A stretch of 64,000 bases of DNA from Octopus bimaculoides (taxonomy: Eukaryota), in the NCBI RefSeq assembly GCF_001194135.2, contig NC_068986.1, forward strand, positions 84,714,089 to 84,778,088, in the 5' to 3' direction. Positions 38,639 to 53,520 of this stretch are shown piece by piece. The notes beneath the pieces are model-generated. The model worked only from the letters and a program-made list of their open reading frames with translations. It did no database searches and was not told the DNA's origin. A program made the position numbers and the translations under genes. Positions within the stretch are counted from its first letter, which is position 1. Every line of letters begins with the position of its first letter.

Positions 38639-41600
38639 TGTGAGTGTGTGTGTGTGTTTGTGTAACTAAAATGTATATTTTTCATCAATACTTTCATTTT
38701 ACTTAAAAGATTATGGAGAAGATATTTGCATAGAACGTATTGATAATATAGGAACTGTGCTATCTAGTAAGCATATCAGTTAACCGATTCAATCAGATGT
38801 AAAGGAAGTGGCAATTGTGAATGACCATAATTATGGGTTGTATATTAAATTGTTTTGTTTATTGTTATATTTATCATTTGATTTTAAGGAGACAACTTAA
38901 TGCTAATGTTAATGTATTAGTCATGAATTCCGTCGAGGTCGACTTTGCCTTTCAGCCTTCGAGGTTAGTAAATTAAGTACCAGCTGAACACTGGGGGTCG
39001 ATGTAATCGACTAGCCCCCTTCACCCAAATTTCAGGTCTTGTGCTTATAGTAGAAAAAAAAATTAGCTGTGAATTAGTTTATAAACTGCTTAAATATTAA
39101 CTAACCAAATTTATTGACAAAGTACTAAATGGTAATCATTTTAATTAACGAGCACGATATTCTTTATCTGTTTCTGGTTTTGTTTTCGTATTTCGGGAAT
39201 ATTTTACACTTATGATTAAATGTTAATATCTTATTCTAGCTGAAAAACTGCTAAAGAACTGGTAGCTTACAAAATTCGTGACTAATTATAATTAGAAACT
39301 ATTAATTCAAAATTCTTTTCTTGAAATATTTGATTGCAATGCCAATATAAATATCTTTTAATGACCTAATTGTTCTCAACTATGTTATGTAACTTTGTTT
39401 TGTCAGATCTACGCTGGTGGATATTTATCAGAGAATACTATGTTCAGCTACGAACCGTATAGTTTATCTTACACTAGAAACTATATCATTGCTCCATACT
39501 GGGCAGACCTTTGGTATGAATATCAGAACGTTAAATACAGCATTTATGAGAAATACACAACAAGTGGAATAAATTACAACATGGTGAATAAACTGAGAAA
39601 TATTGATGCAAAAATTAATATGTATGCAAATATTAGAAATTTCCAATCTGTTTGGGCACTTTTGGTGACATGGGAAAATATACGTCATTCTTCCCTAATA
39701 GGAACATCAAGGGTAAGTTAATTACACATTATATTTAATCTCATGAATATAATTATTTTAAATTTACCAAATTAAGAAAAAGATCATTTAGCAATGCCGA
39801 TTCATTCCTACTGAATTTACAGTTTTATCAATGAATCAACTTTCTGACGCAGTAAATTTTTAGTTTATTTAAAAATATTTTACTGCTCAGAACAGCTTCA
39901 CTATTTCTTTTTGTAATAAATCAATTGAAATGAAATGTGGTTACACTGCCGAAAACGTAATGTTCATTTACGGGGTTTAAATTGCTAAGATTCAATCGGC
40001 TGGCCGAAATATTACAATATAAATATAAAATCAAATTAAGGATCCACTTTATATATTAATAGCAGGAAGTTTGGTAATATTTTTGCATTATATAATGTGC
40101 TTTAGAGTTACTAAAAAGAGAGCTAAACTTAATGTAAAATAGTGGTTCTAAGATAATTGGAGTGATCACAATCTGTGATATATCTTCTTGATAAGATTCA
40201 TCTCCGATCGATGATTGCGATAACAATATTATTTTGTTGTACTAAAACGTTTTCTGTTTTAGGAAAGTAATGTCAAAAATTGTACGATCGTAGTTTTCAC
40301 AAGTGCTCATAGAATTTTAATCATAAACGTATTATTTTCGCACCTTAGGAAACAAATCCAGGTATTACATTCCAAATGCTACTGGTCACAGACGGCTATT
40401 CAACCTATTTGCTTTATTTCTACAAACCTTGTGGAATGGATATGAACACTGATGTGAAGGCCTTAATGGGCTTTAACTTGGGCGGCAACAAGCGTTTCAC
40501 GCATAAAGACTCACTGAAGAGGAATAGTTTGGTAAATATAGATATAAAGGAAGGAAATACAGGTGAGATATCGAATACTCCTATTTATATTTAATAAGAA
40601 TCTAATAAACTTTGTGAACATATTACTAAAGCATTGAAACCGATCAAAATTCTTACTAACAAAACAAAAGTGTCATAAACAAAAGTGTCAGTTCTTCTTC
40701 TTTAATCTTTTTCCCCCTTGTGGAGTATAGGGCCTCAACAGTTACATTCCACTTTTTGCGGTAATTGGCGTGTTTCTTGGCTGCTTTTCATGTCAGGCCG
40801 GTGGTCCTGAGCTTGTCCAAAACGCTTCATTTCTATGTCTGCTTCGGGCGTCCTCGCTTAATTTTTCCCCTGCGGGTTCCAGTCAAGTGCATGTCGTGTT
40901 ACATTTGAGGGTTCTTACCGCAGTGTGTCCCTGACCCATCTCCATTTCCTTCGTCTCATCTGAACACGTATGGGCTCCTGGTTTGCCCTTTCTAACAGGT
41001 CAGTGTTTGGCACTCCGTTGAACCACTTCAGATGGAGGATCTGCCGGAGACATTTGTTGATGAAGGTCTCGATCTTCCTGTAGTTGCTGCAGGTGGCTCT
41101 TCATGTTCCAGAGCCATACAAAAACACACTTTTACGTTTGAACTAAATAAGCAGATTTTAGTTCGAGTTGAGATGGCAGTGGACTTCCATACCGGCCGAT
41201 GAATAGCCAAGGCTTGCCAAGCCTTCTTGCTTCTTGCAGTGATGACCTCATCTGATTCTCCTGATTTGCTGATCTTGCTGCCAAGATAGACAAACTCACC
41301 AACGTTCTCCACAGGTGCCCCTTCGATTATGTTCCCCTGGTAGGTTCAACCTTGCTGGTTTGGTCGAAGAGGAGGAGTCAGACTAAAGTATACACATCAG
41401 ACTAAAGTATACACTAAAGTATACACATCAGATTCGGGGGTTGTGCTACAGGCTAATACCCTATACACGTAAAAAATACTTGTTACAGAAACCAACAACA
41501 GTTCATTTAACACTAATTCAGTTCTTGGGAGAACCAGGGTTCCGATCCGGAGACTGAGGACGCGCTGTAGCCAAATCTGTCAGGAAGCTACAGGGCCGAG

Positions 41601-42829
41601 GACAACCTTGAAGGGCGGTCCAAAGCTGCTCTCACAGAAGAAGCCCATCCTTCTTGGAACCTGGAATGTGAGAACACTCCGAGAGACAGGAAGGTGCGCA
41701 CAAGCGGTGAGGGAGATGCACCAGTAACACCTCACGCTACTCGGCATGTGTGAAGTAAGTTGGAACTCCTTCGGAGAGATCAAATTAGAAACAGGCGAAA
41801 CACTTTTCCATTCGGGTAAAGACAATGAAGAAGACCACCATGAAGCTGGGGTGGCACTGCTGTTGTCGAAGGAAGCAGCAAAGAGTCTGAAAAGTGTCAG
41901 TTAGTCGGTAAATATTGTTGAGATTATATATAAACGGAATTTTCGAAGTAATTAAGTGAAACACTTTTAGTCTAAATTACAACAAAAGTTATTTCCCAAA
42001 TCTCTTGATTTCATTATATTCCTTCAATTTCATTTTACGAGCGTTACTGTCATTATTTTATTTCACTCATGGTTGTTGGGCTCAATCTTGTCTACTTAGC
42101 CACACCTCAACCCAACCAGCACAAGATCACTTGAGGTTAATTCACATTTACAGAAAATTAAGACTGCTTCAATAAACTAATAATAATAAATTTACGAAAT
42201 TACGAGCCAGTAGATTTTACTCGGCAAATACATAAGCTTTATACTACAAATATATAGGTTATATATTACAAATAGCGCCAGGGATTACACTACACATATA
42301 ATATACCTTTACGCTAAGGCGGCGAGCTGGCAGAAACGTTAGCACGCCAGGCGAAATGCTTAGCGATATTTCGTCTATCTTTACACTCTGAGTTCGAATT
42401 CCGCCGAGGTCCACTTTGTCTTTCATCCTTTTGGGATGACTGGCCAACTCCCCAACACTTTCGGGTCTTGCTCCTAGAGTAGAAAAGAATATAACTATTA
42501 CACTATAAGCATATCGGCCATCATTAGCTTCACTGAACTGATGCAGTCAGTCGTTGGGATGCCACGCTAGACGCTTTTACACTCAGCCGTGTTGTGACAT
42601 GTCCAATACTTGATGGTGTCTCCCTCTTTCTCTCTTCCTCAACGGTGATTGAAGTACGGTTTTGGACAGCAAATTAAGGCGGGCTGCATGACCGTACTAG
42701 CTAAACTGTCGTCTTTTTACCAGCACGAGAAGAGATTCCTCTCTGCCAGCGAGTTTCTTTTGTGCTCTATATACGGGATATGTTGTAGCCCTCAGAAGCA
42801 TTTGTGCAAAGATGCTCGGATCCTTCGTT

Positions 42830-42871
<42 letters not shown>

Positions 42872-43377
42872 NNNNNNNNNNNNNNNNNNNNNNNNNNNNN
42901 NNNNNNNNNNNNNNNNNNNNNNNNNNNNNNNNNNNNNNNNNNNNNNNNNNNNNNNNNNNNNNNNNNNNNNNNNNNNNNNNNNNNNNNNNNNNNNNNNNNN
43001 NNNNNNNNNNNNNNNNNNNNNNNNNNNNNNNNNNNNNNNNNNNNNNNNNNNNNNNNNNNNNNNNNNNNNNNNNNNNNNNNNNNNNNNNNNNNNNNNNNNN
43101 NNNNNNNNNNNNNNNNNNNNNNNNNNNNNNNNNNNNNNNNNNNNNNNNNNNNNNNNNNNNNNNNNNNNNNNNNNNNNNNNNNNNNNNNNNNNNNNNNNNN
43201 NNNNNNNNNNNNNNNNNNNNNNNNNNNNNNNNNNNNNNNNNNNNNNNNNNNNNNNNNNNNNNNNNNNNNNNNNNNNNNNNNNNNNNNNNNNNNNNNNNNN
43301 NNNNNNNNNNNNNNNNNNNNNNNNNNNNNNNNNNNNNNNNNNNNNNNNNNNNNNNNNNNNNNNNNNNNNNNNNNNNN

Positions 43378-43412
<35 letters not shown>

Positions 43413-43519
43413 GTATGTATACATATATACTTTTGTATTATTATAGTATCTATATACGGGATATGTTGTAGCCCTCAGAAGCATTTGTGCAAAGATGCCC
43501 GGATCTTTCGTTCCATATA

Positions 43520-43552
<33 letters not shown>

Positions 43553-46500
43553 ACATATATATTACTTTTGAAGAAAGATACTATAATAATATAAAAAGTA
43601 TAGATTTGCACAATATATTTCTCATATCCACTTCACGTATATATCAAGGAGAATGGAAGAAGCATGGTAGAAACATTTTTAACTCAATGAATTTCTGTTT
43701 AAAATCTAACTTAAATCTATCAAAAATCCAACAACGTGTAGCATGTTTTCTAAAATGACTAAAACAGATTTTATAATTTTTAACCTATTAGATTAATCTA
43801 ATAGGTTAATTTTTAACCTATTTGATTAATCTATTAGAACATAGCCTTTTTTTTTTCGATTGCAAAGTAACGCAAACAAACTTTTTAATTTAAGAAACGG
43901 TAAAATGCAATGTGATATGCAACGTGATAAACTTCTATATTTTGTCAGGTTTCAGTGGCGTATGGCTATTTGATTTGCGTGGTCGATATCAAAGAACTTC
44001 CAAATTAAGTTGTCTCAAATGGTATGGCGAAGATAATGGTGTTTGGGGTTTTAATACCTGTCCATGTTCATTCTGGCAAGCTCGGACAGATTTCCGATTC
44101 TTCTATGAATGGCGGAGCCGTTGCTTCTTTTCTATAACATCTCCAGCAATGGTGAGTTATTCCTTAAACATTTTCAAACAAAGCAAACAGTATAAACATA
44201 TTTTAACTTTATTTTATTGTTTTATTTTAATTATAATTTCAGTTTACCATATCTATATTATTCATATTTACCCGCTAGTTAATCACGATCAGTTGTTTGT
44301 TTGTTTGTTTGTGTGTGTGTGACAGTGCGCGCACACACGCAAACACGACATGCATATCTATCCATCTGTCTGTCTATTTATGTATGTATGTATGTATGTA
44401 TGTATGTATGTATGTATGTATGTATGTATGTATGTATGTATATTTGCATAATGTAAGTGCATAATAAAATTTTATAGTTATGTACCTATGTACATATATA
44501 ATATTATTCTTCCAGTCTACAGATTAGTGACTATTGTTAATTGTTTATAGAATAACATATGTGAACAAATGGATCTATCCTCATTTAACAAATAAATAAA
44601 TAAATGAAAATAAAATAAAATAAAAATAAGGAATATTTTGCTTTCTCTTTTAAGAAATGTTGTTATTCGCGGCGGTTACGGAGCTGGCTTTCATATGGTG
44701 TTCACCAGAGACACAACTACTTCTTCGATTATCGAAGATGGCTTCAGTACGATGATAAACCATTTAATGACTGTTGTATGCAAAACAATATGTGTTACCT
44801 TTACAGATGGAGAAGGCCTAGAAACTACTGTTGGGGTTACAGGAGTCCTTTCAGAGGTAAGTTATTCTATATTCTTTTGCTCTTATAAAGAAAATATCAG
44901 CATTCTTCATTTCTAAATATCAAAATTAAGATGTTTACAAACTGAGTATCTTGGAATGCGGTAGAAATTCATTACAATCCTACTTTGCAGTTTCAGGTAT
45001 TTTTAGAAAATTATAAATATTTCATTAATTAAAGGCTGATTCATCAGTGACGACTAAAATAAACTGGTTACAATTATGCATACCACTTTCGTGTACACCT
45101 AGATATGGTTACATCTTCTGTGATAAACTGTCTCGGAAAAGAAATTATGCATACAGACTCTGTGTGTGAACTACCTGGACTACGAGAAATGTTTCTGCAG
45201 ATTCGCGCATCAACGACTCAGGATGAAATTTATGTGTCTTTCATTTAAAATTACCATTGTTCTACACAAAGAACAGAAAATAAATTTGGTAGCATGTACC
45301 AAACTTTGGCAAGCTAGAATTAATTAGTCAAAGGTACAGTAAGCAGTTAAAATTAAAATAAAGATGATGCATGACAAAACTGCTGACACAGTGACTGACC
45401 ATGTAAGCGCAAAAATGATTTGCCTATCTGTGGTACATTTTTACAAGTCATATAAATGTTTTATTGTTTAATATTGTGTTGTTTACTTCTTACTCAAGAT
45501 AGCTTATTCTTATGTTAGTAGAGCTGTGGATTCAGACCAGAAGCGTAGATTGCAACGGACATATATCAGTGAGTCAAAACACAAAACATGAAAATAACAC
45601 GCAATTTGGAATAAAAAAAGAATACAATGAAAAATCAAAGAAAATAGGACAGATATACATAAGAACAAGCAACCACTGGGGGCATTTTGACGAATGAAAT
45701 TTTCTGCGACGGATATTTCTGGTAACTTCAGCATCACTAGCAGTTTTGCTAGTATCTGTAATAAGACGAATGGGATCTATGGGCTCCTGAAAAAGAAAAT
45801 AATTGCTGTAGAGATATATCACGTGGAGTGGTATTCTCTTATAGAAAGGATACATCGAGAAATGAACAAGAAAATAGGAACATACTTCTGTGTTACCCCA
45901 AAACGGCAGGAGATTACCTCTGTCACATTTGAAATAGCCCTTTCCGATGAAAGAGCATTTGAAATAGCTCTTTCTGGTGTGTATCATAATGACCATGATA
46001 AGGAATAGAGCAACTTTAACTTAAGTCTGTAAGACCAAGGAAGAGGAGGTATAGCATCACGTGGAACTGCTACGGCACGCACAGCTTGATGTTGCTGCAA
46101 TAAAATGGGATGATAGAATATAAAGGTTACTGCTGTATTGATATGTCTTGTACAGAATCATTGACAATTAGAGTTCCAAATTGGTCAACCCCAGTTACAA
46201 TATAAATTTTCGGTGCATGGAGATCAGCGGTAATTTTTTCCTATTTGATAATATTCTTCATTCCTGAAGAGTGAAGAAATCTCTGCGATAGAAACCGATA
46301 TCAAATCTGTAATTGCGAAGGAATTCACAAAAAAAAAAAAAAATCAACAAGTATATGAAAATTGTTGGTACATACAACTCAGATCATTGTTTACAATAGT
46401 CTTTAGGAGTTTCTTACAGAAGAGTATTTGAAGCAATAATAATGTAGTTAGTAGTAATTGTAGCTCACAGAATTGTTTCCGATTCTCCGTATTTTTCCCA

Positions 46501-48941
46501 TTCTTAGTGCTCTGTGTTCGAATCCCACCTAAGTCGAATTTTCCTTTCACCTTTTCTTGGTTGATAAAAGACTACCGGTTGAACAATAAGAACCTCTGAT
46601 CACTTATCTTGGGGTATTTTTCCCGACTGTTTGTGTTAAGAATTCAAATACCACTATGGCTTATTTGGGTGGCAGACTTAATCAGTCACCCAGTTTAAGA
46701 CCATCAGTTGCTAACTGGAGCCCTTAGCGATGGAGTTCACTTTGTTGCAGGCGTTAAGAGCAAGTCTATGATCCCAGTGGCGATATCATCCTCCTATCAG
46801 TCACAAAGGCTTTGTCAGTGATTTGGTGCACATGCCGTTTCCTTCCGATTGAAAATCAAAATTAAAAAAAAATATATATCTGTAAAGATTCAGATTATTA
46901 TTCAATTTTAACCAACTTAAGAACTATCTACATGTCTTTCTGTTTATTCCTATTTCTCTTATGTTATCATCCAACTTAATAATTTAAGCACACTAAGTAA
47001 TCAAGTCATACTCGGGTCTATTTTATTTGCTCAATATTGCACTAATACCAATTAAATGGTTAGATTTTCCATTCGCATAAAATATTTTCTGAATAGAACA
47101 TATTAAATGAAATAAATTTTTTGATTGATTTGTCATTGATTTCAATATATTTACAGCTTGGTTGTTTGGAGATCCTCATATTCAAACTCTCGATGGCCTG
47201 AAATATTCCTTTAATGGTTTGGGTGAATATAGCTTACTGAGAGTACATAATAAAACCACAAACAAAAATATGCTAGAAATTCAAGCAAGGACCGCTCAAG
47301 CGAAAAATGCAAATGGTACTCTGATTAACGCCACAATATTTTCGGCTTTTGCAATGAAAGACTTCATTACCAATACCTCTGCACAGGTTGAACTAGCTTC
47401 TGATGAAAAGAGTAAGTTTTATTACTTTGTCAAACTTAATTTCATTTTACATGTTATAATGATGAAGTGTTGTATTGAATAAAACCTGACGCTTTTGTTT
47501 AATGCTGGAATTTACATTTCATATTGAGTACAATTCTTCAATACCTATTACAGAGCTTAAAGTGATGATCTGACAGGAACATTAGCACTCCAGGCAAAAA
47601 GTTTTATCGGCATTTCATTCGTCTTTACGTAACCAGTTTCAATTCCGCCCAATCGACTTTGTCTTTCATAATTTCGGGGTCGATAAAAAACAGTACCAAT
47701 CGAGCACTGGCTTCGATGTAATCGATTTATCATCACCTTCGAAACTGCTGGTCTTCTGCCAAAATTTGAAACCAATATTTGTTAGAGTTGTTTAGTTTAT
47801 TTCCAAATTGTTTAAAAGTGGTACTATTCCAATATACATTTTCTATTCATTTCTGTTTCAGCTTTGGTCATCTACCACAATGGTATTGATAAAACATCTG
47901 ACTTCCAAAAAGATTCTGACTATAAGCTGACTGACCTCGACTTGTTTATTACCAGAAATAAGGACAACGACACTAATCAGTCGGTGTCTCTAACATTCAC
48001 ATCTGGTAAGCTCATTTCATGTAAATCTTAGATAAAATTGTTTTAGTCTCGATATATACACTTGTTCGAAGTATTGTGATATGATATTAATATTTTGTAT
48101 TTCGGTGCCTTCCACGATCCCACTCCATGACAATAGCCGTGTGTCGATATCATGTGCATTATTTATCACATATTGTTATGACTTTGCCAGTTAGATGACT
48201 GGCACAATGATATATCTGAAACAGATAAGTAATGCTAGAGCCTATTTTCAAGTAGTGAAATCAACGGCAAAAACATATAATTTCCACGGGGACAAAAAAG
48301 ATAAGCTGAGTTTATTTTCACGAACTTGTTTCATTTAAATCTCCCTGTCCGTGGGTAGCAAATATATTTCTTTTAGAATCTTTTCGATAATCTCTTCATA
48401 CAAAAGTAGCTTTAGTATAGAAATGAGATCTTGAGCAAAAGCAGAGCTTTTTTTCTCCAAGCGCTATGCTTTAAGTTATGAGAGCTGTCTTAGTGAATAT
48501 CTCTTCATGTTTTTGATTTGTCTGGAAAATTTCGACAGAAAAACTCATATATTGCATTTTGTAATATACTGTACTCTACCCATGAACAGGATATATAGAA
48601 CACTGAACTGAAACTCCTATAACATAAGCCAAAAAGCGTTTATGCAAAATTTCTGTGGGTTCAAACCCTTTGTTTGCCTGTGGAATGAGAGCTCTGCTGA
48701 GACACAGTAAAAAATTTACCGATTCCTGACAACAGCACAGATTTACTACGTGCCACGCTGTGATCACTCCTGCAACTATTTATGTATATTGAATCTGTTT
48801 AAACAGAATCCATTGAATTTGTAAACCTATCAGAATAATCAAATACTATTGAATCTGACACTTTGGAAAACTTTGGATTTGAAGAATGTTCAGGATCATC
48901 CGTATATGCAGCAATATTCTCCTTAATGAATCGTCGAATAT

Positions 48942-48979
<38 letters not shown>

Positions 48980-50743
48980 AAGAAAAAAATGACAAAATTA
49001 TGCAACAGCTCTTAGCTAGATTAAGAAATCTAACAGTGTTATATCACAAGTAAAATAAACAAGAATTATTATCAAATTAAAGATCGAAACATTTTGCTTG
49101 TTAACCGTAATAGAGTTGCGTAATATTCCAGTCAAGCTAGGCACATTATGCTGATAAAACATCAAAATATTGCAAACTATTTTGATCACGAAATTAAAAA
49201 AAATAGATATTTTATACCTACACATGGCTATAACACCCACAGCTTCTAGCAAAAGATTATAATAGAAGCAATTTCATAATCTCCTTCAGCCGAAGATGCT
49301 GATAACATTGATAACATTGTCACATAGAACTACATTTACGAACGACAATTCAATAGCATTCACATTAAGATGATCTAAGCGATCAGTCTCCACGGTGTTG
49401 CGTAGAAAACCTCTTAATCTTCTGATGGTACAAAATACGTTCAAAATATACAACGAGGCTGAAGACGTGAGTAAAATTTGAAGTGTATTTCTAACTCAAG
49501 TATTACATGTCGATGCTTAGTTGTTTGCACAGCAATTATTCAAACGGAAATTTTGCCCGAAATTCCCATCTTTGTGCAATGGGGGCCATCAAACATACTC
49601 GGAGTTTCTCTTCTCGTACATTGCAAAGTTCGACAAAAAAATTTGGACAAATAAGGAAGTAAACGGAGATGCTTATTAAATGTCGACATGTAGTTCATTG
49701 CACAAGTTGTTCGAATACTTTGAAAATAAAACACGAATGCAGAATTAATGGAACGTGTAGGATGACATTAAGATAAAATGTTGCAAGGACGAGAAAAAAG
49801 GGTCAAGGCTAGTGTTAATGACTTGTCTTGCCCTGGACGGACACCACTTTAGCTAACTATAATAATTAAAACCCTGTTATTACGACTATCATCTTATTTT
49901 CAGATACAATCTAAGAAAACGATACGACAGTTATCGAACAGAAAGAGAAAACTAGTCAAATGTTTGCAAAATATTTCCAAAACAATCTGTTAGAAAGGAA
50001 AATAGTTCTTTCTAGTTATGTTTGATATGGCTATGATATATTCCGCAGTTAATTATTTTCAACATTATATTTCGAAGCAAGTGCAAAGAGGTTATAATTA
50101 TTCTCATATTTCTAGGTGTTGATATATCAGTGGCCGTTGGTATTCGCATGCTTACGGTAACCGTGAGTTTACCAGAGGACTATAAAAATACTACGGTAAC
50201 CAGCGGTCTGATGGGAGTGTATAATGATGACAAGACGGATGATCTCACAACACCAAGCGGAACTGTATTGCCTGAAAATTCTAGTGAAAATGATATTTTT
50301 TATAATTTTGGTCAACTTTGTAAGTAAAATTATTGAATTATGTTTTTAACTATGTTTGCCACTAGTCTGCTGTTCTGAATGTTTTCTTATGTATAATCTA
50401 TTGTTACCATAAATTAATACCTGTAGTACATGCGAAACTGATTATCTATTGTGTTGGTTATAGCTTTATTGTCACAATTATTTTGTTATACTTTTAGACA
50501 TTTTATTGCATTGAAAAATGGTCTGTCATTCAGTAGTACAATAACAATAGTTGAAGCCCTGAACAGTCAGATAAGAGAAGAGTCATTCCATCCACTAAGT
50601 CATATAGGAAACTAATGGTTGGAATATTGAGAGAAATTAATGCTTGTCATTTCATCAATCTCAGCTCAAGTAGAAAAACCATAAATATGAGACGATGATA
50701 CTTGTATGCTTGTTTGTTTGTTTGTTTGTGTGTGTTTGTGTGT

Positions 50744-50828
<85 letters not shown>

Positions 50829-51994
50829 GATACATGTTCTGTGTATTGAAAAAGGAGACAAAAGCTCCCCACATCAAGCAAGGTTACATGAGACACCTGC
50901 ATTGATATAAATAAGAGTCGGAAAATACTCTAATAAGCCACCATGTTACTGAAAGAACAAGTTTATTAGAATAGTTTCCGACTCTTATTCACACACACAC
51001 ACACACAGGTGGAAGCGCAATGGCCCAATGGTTAGAGCAGTGAACTCGTGGGTCACAGGATCGCAGTTTCGATTCCCCGATCGGACGTTGTGAGCGAAAG
51101 CACCTAAAAGCTCCACGAGGCTCTTGCAGTAGGGTGGGAGTAAACTCTGTATTCTTTCACGACAATTTTCTCTCATTCTTTCTGCCTGTTTCTGTTGTAC
51201 CTGTATTTCAAAGGGCCAGCCTTGTCACACTCTGCCTCACGCAGAGTGTGACAGAACTACGTTAAGAGTACACGTGTCTGTGGAGTAGTCAGCCACTTGC
51301 ACGTTAATTTCACAAGTAGGCTGTTCCGTTGACCGGATCAACTGGAACCCTCGTCGTCGTAACCGAAGTAGTGCCACGATGCACAGGCATATATACGCAT
51401 ATATTCTTTTAGTCTTTTGTTCTTTTACATTATTCAACCCTAACACTGTGATCATATATATACATACATGCATACATACATACATACATACATACATGCA
51501 TATAGTTACGCATGCATACATACATGAATACAAGTGTGCATGCATGCATGCACATACATACATACAAATACATACAAATACATACATACATACATACATA
51601 CATACATACAAATAGATAGATGAATAGATAGATATATAGATAAATAGATAGATAGATAGATATATAGATAGATTGATGGATATATAGAAGCTCACTTTGT
51701 AAACACGAACTTTCGCTGTACAACACACTGGGCGTATCTTTTGCTATAGACCAATAACTTGTGAGCGAATTTGTTACATAGGAACTGTGAAAGTCCATTC
51801 TGTGTGTGTATATATATATATATANNNNNNNNNNNNNNNNNNNNNNNNNNNNNNNNNNNNNNNNNNNNNNNNNNNNNNNNNNNNNNNNNNNNNNNNNNNN
51901 NNNNNNNNNNNNNNNNNNNNNNNNNNNNNNNNNNNNNNNNNNNNNNNNNNNNNNNNNNNNNNNNNNNNNNNNNNNNNNNNNNNNNNNNNTATAC

Positions 51995-52026
<32 letters not shown>

Positions 52027-52801
52027 GTATGTACGTATGTATGTGTGTGTATGTGCGCGTGTGTGTGCGTGTGGCGGCTTGAATAATGTATTAATAACGT
52101 ATTATGTCGTGTTCTTGGCGTTCAATATTTCAGTTGACTGTCGGTTATATAGTTTCATTATATCTGTTAAGTTTATCAAACAAAGTCTAGAGCTTTATAA
52201 TTAACATCCATTGCTATAGTATAATTTGTATTATTTCACCTCTTTATTTGTTTTGCATTTTAAACTAATACCAACATTGTTTTCTCTTTTCTTCGCAGGG
52301 GCTATAAATACTTCTCTGTTTAAATATCCGAAGGGTTTTTCAAATGCCGACTATACCGACACTTCTTTCGTCCCCCTTTTTATTGATAAAACCTCGGAGA
52401 TTTACAATAAAACTTTACAGATATGTAAAGCAGACGATAACGCTTGTATTTATGACTACATCGCAACTGGTGATGAAAGTATTGCTAAAGCAACTGAATC
52501 CCTTGATACGGAAGCTAAAGACGACTTCGACGCTGCAAGTAAGCAATATTATTTGGTTTTATTTCAGTTTCTGGTTTCCGCTTTGCAGGAAAAACTACTT
52601 TGACTAATCAATGTCATAAGATCTACCCTAATAGCTAAAGTTGAATGAGTGGCGGGAATGTCTTGAATTATTTCTAACAATATCTATGTAGCATAGACAA
52701 GACAACTGTTCCATCCATGTTATAGTTCACATTCACTGTTATGTTGCGGAATATTGAGGTTTGTTTTCATGATATTTATAATGATCATGATGAAGATGCT
52801 G

Positions 52802-52865
<64 letters not shown>

Positions 52866-53483
52866 TACCAATGCTAGTTTCAAATGTTTGCCNNNNNNNN
52901 NNNNNNNNNNNNNNNNNNNNNNNNNNNNNNNNNNNNNNNNNNNNNNNNNNNNNNNNNNNNNNNNNNNNNNNNNNNNNNNNNNNNNNNNNNNNNNNNNNNN
53001 NNNNNNNNNNNNNNNNNNNNNNNNNNNNNNNNNNNNNNNNNNNNNNNNNNNNNNNNNNNNNNNNNNNNNNNNNNNNNNNNNNNNNNNNNNNNNNNNNNNN
53101 NNNNNNNNNNNNNNNNNNNNNNNNNNNNNNNNNNNNNNNNNNNNNNNNNNNNNNNNNNNNNNNNNNNNNNNNNNNNNNNNNNNNNNNNNNNNNNNNNNNN
53201 NNNNNNNNNNNNNNNNNNNNNNNNNNNNNNNNNNNNNNNNNNNNNNNNNNNNNNNNNNNNNNNNNNNNNNNNNNNNNNNNNNNNNNNNNNNNNNNNNNNN
53301 NNNNNNNNNNNNNNNNNNNNNNNNNNNNNNNNNNNNNNNNNNNNNNNNNNNNNNNNNNNNNNNNNNNNNNNNNNNNNNNNNNNNNNNNNNNNNNNNNNNN
53401 NNNNNNNNNNNNNNNNNNNNNNNNNNNNNNNNNNNNNNNNNNNNNNNNNNNNNNNNNNNNNNNNNNNNNNNNNNNNNNNNNNN

Positions 53484-53520
<37 letters not shown>

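Noticed and set aside
44638-44916. ORF-track protein MLSLLRNVV...
   Set aside because: Wrong frame; the overlapping frame encodes the Cys-patterned AMOP half with matching splice phases.
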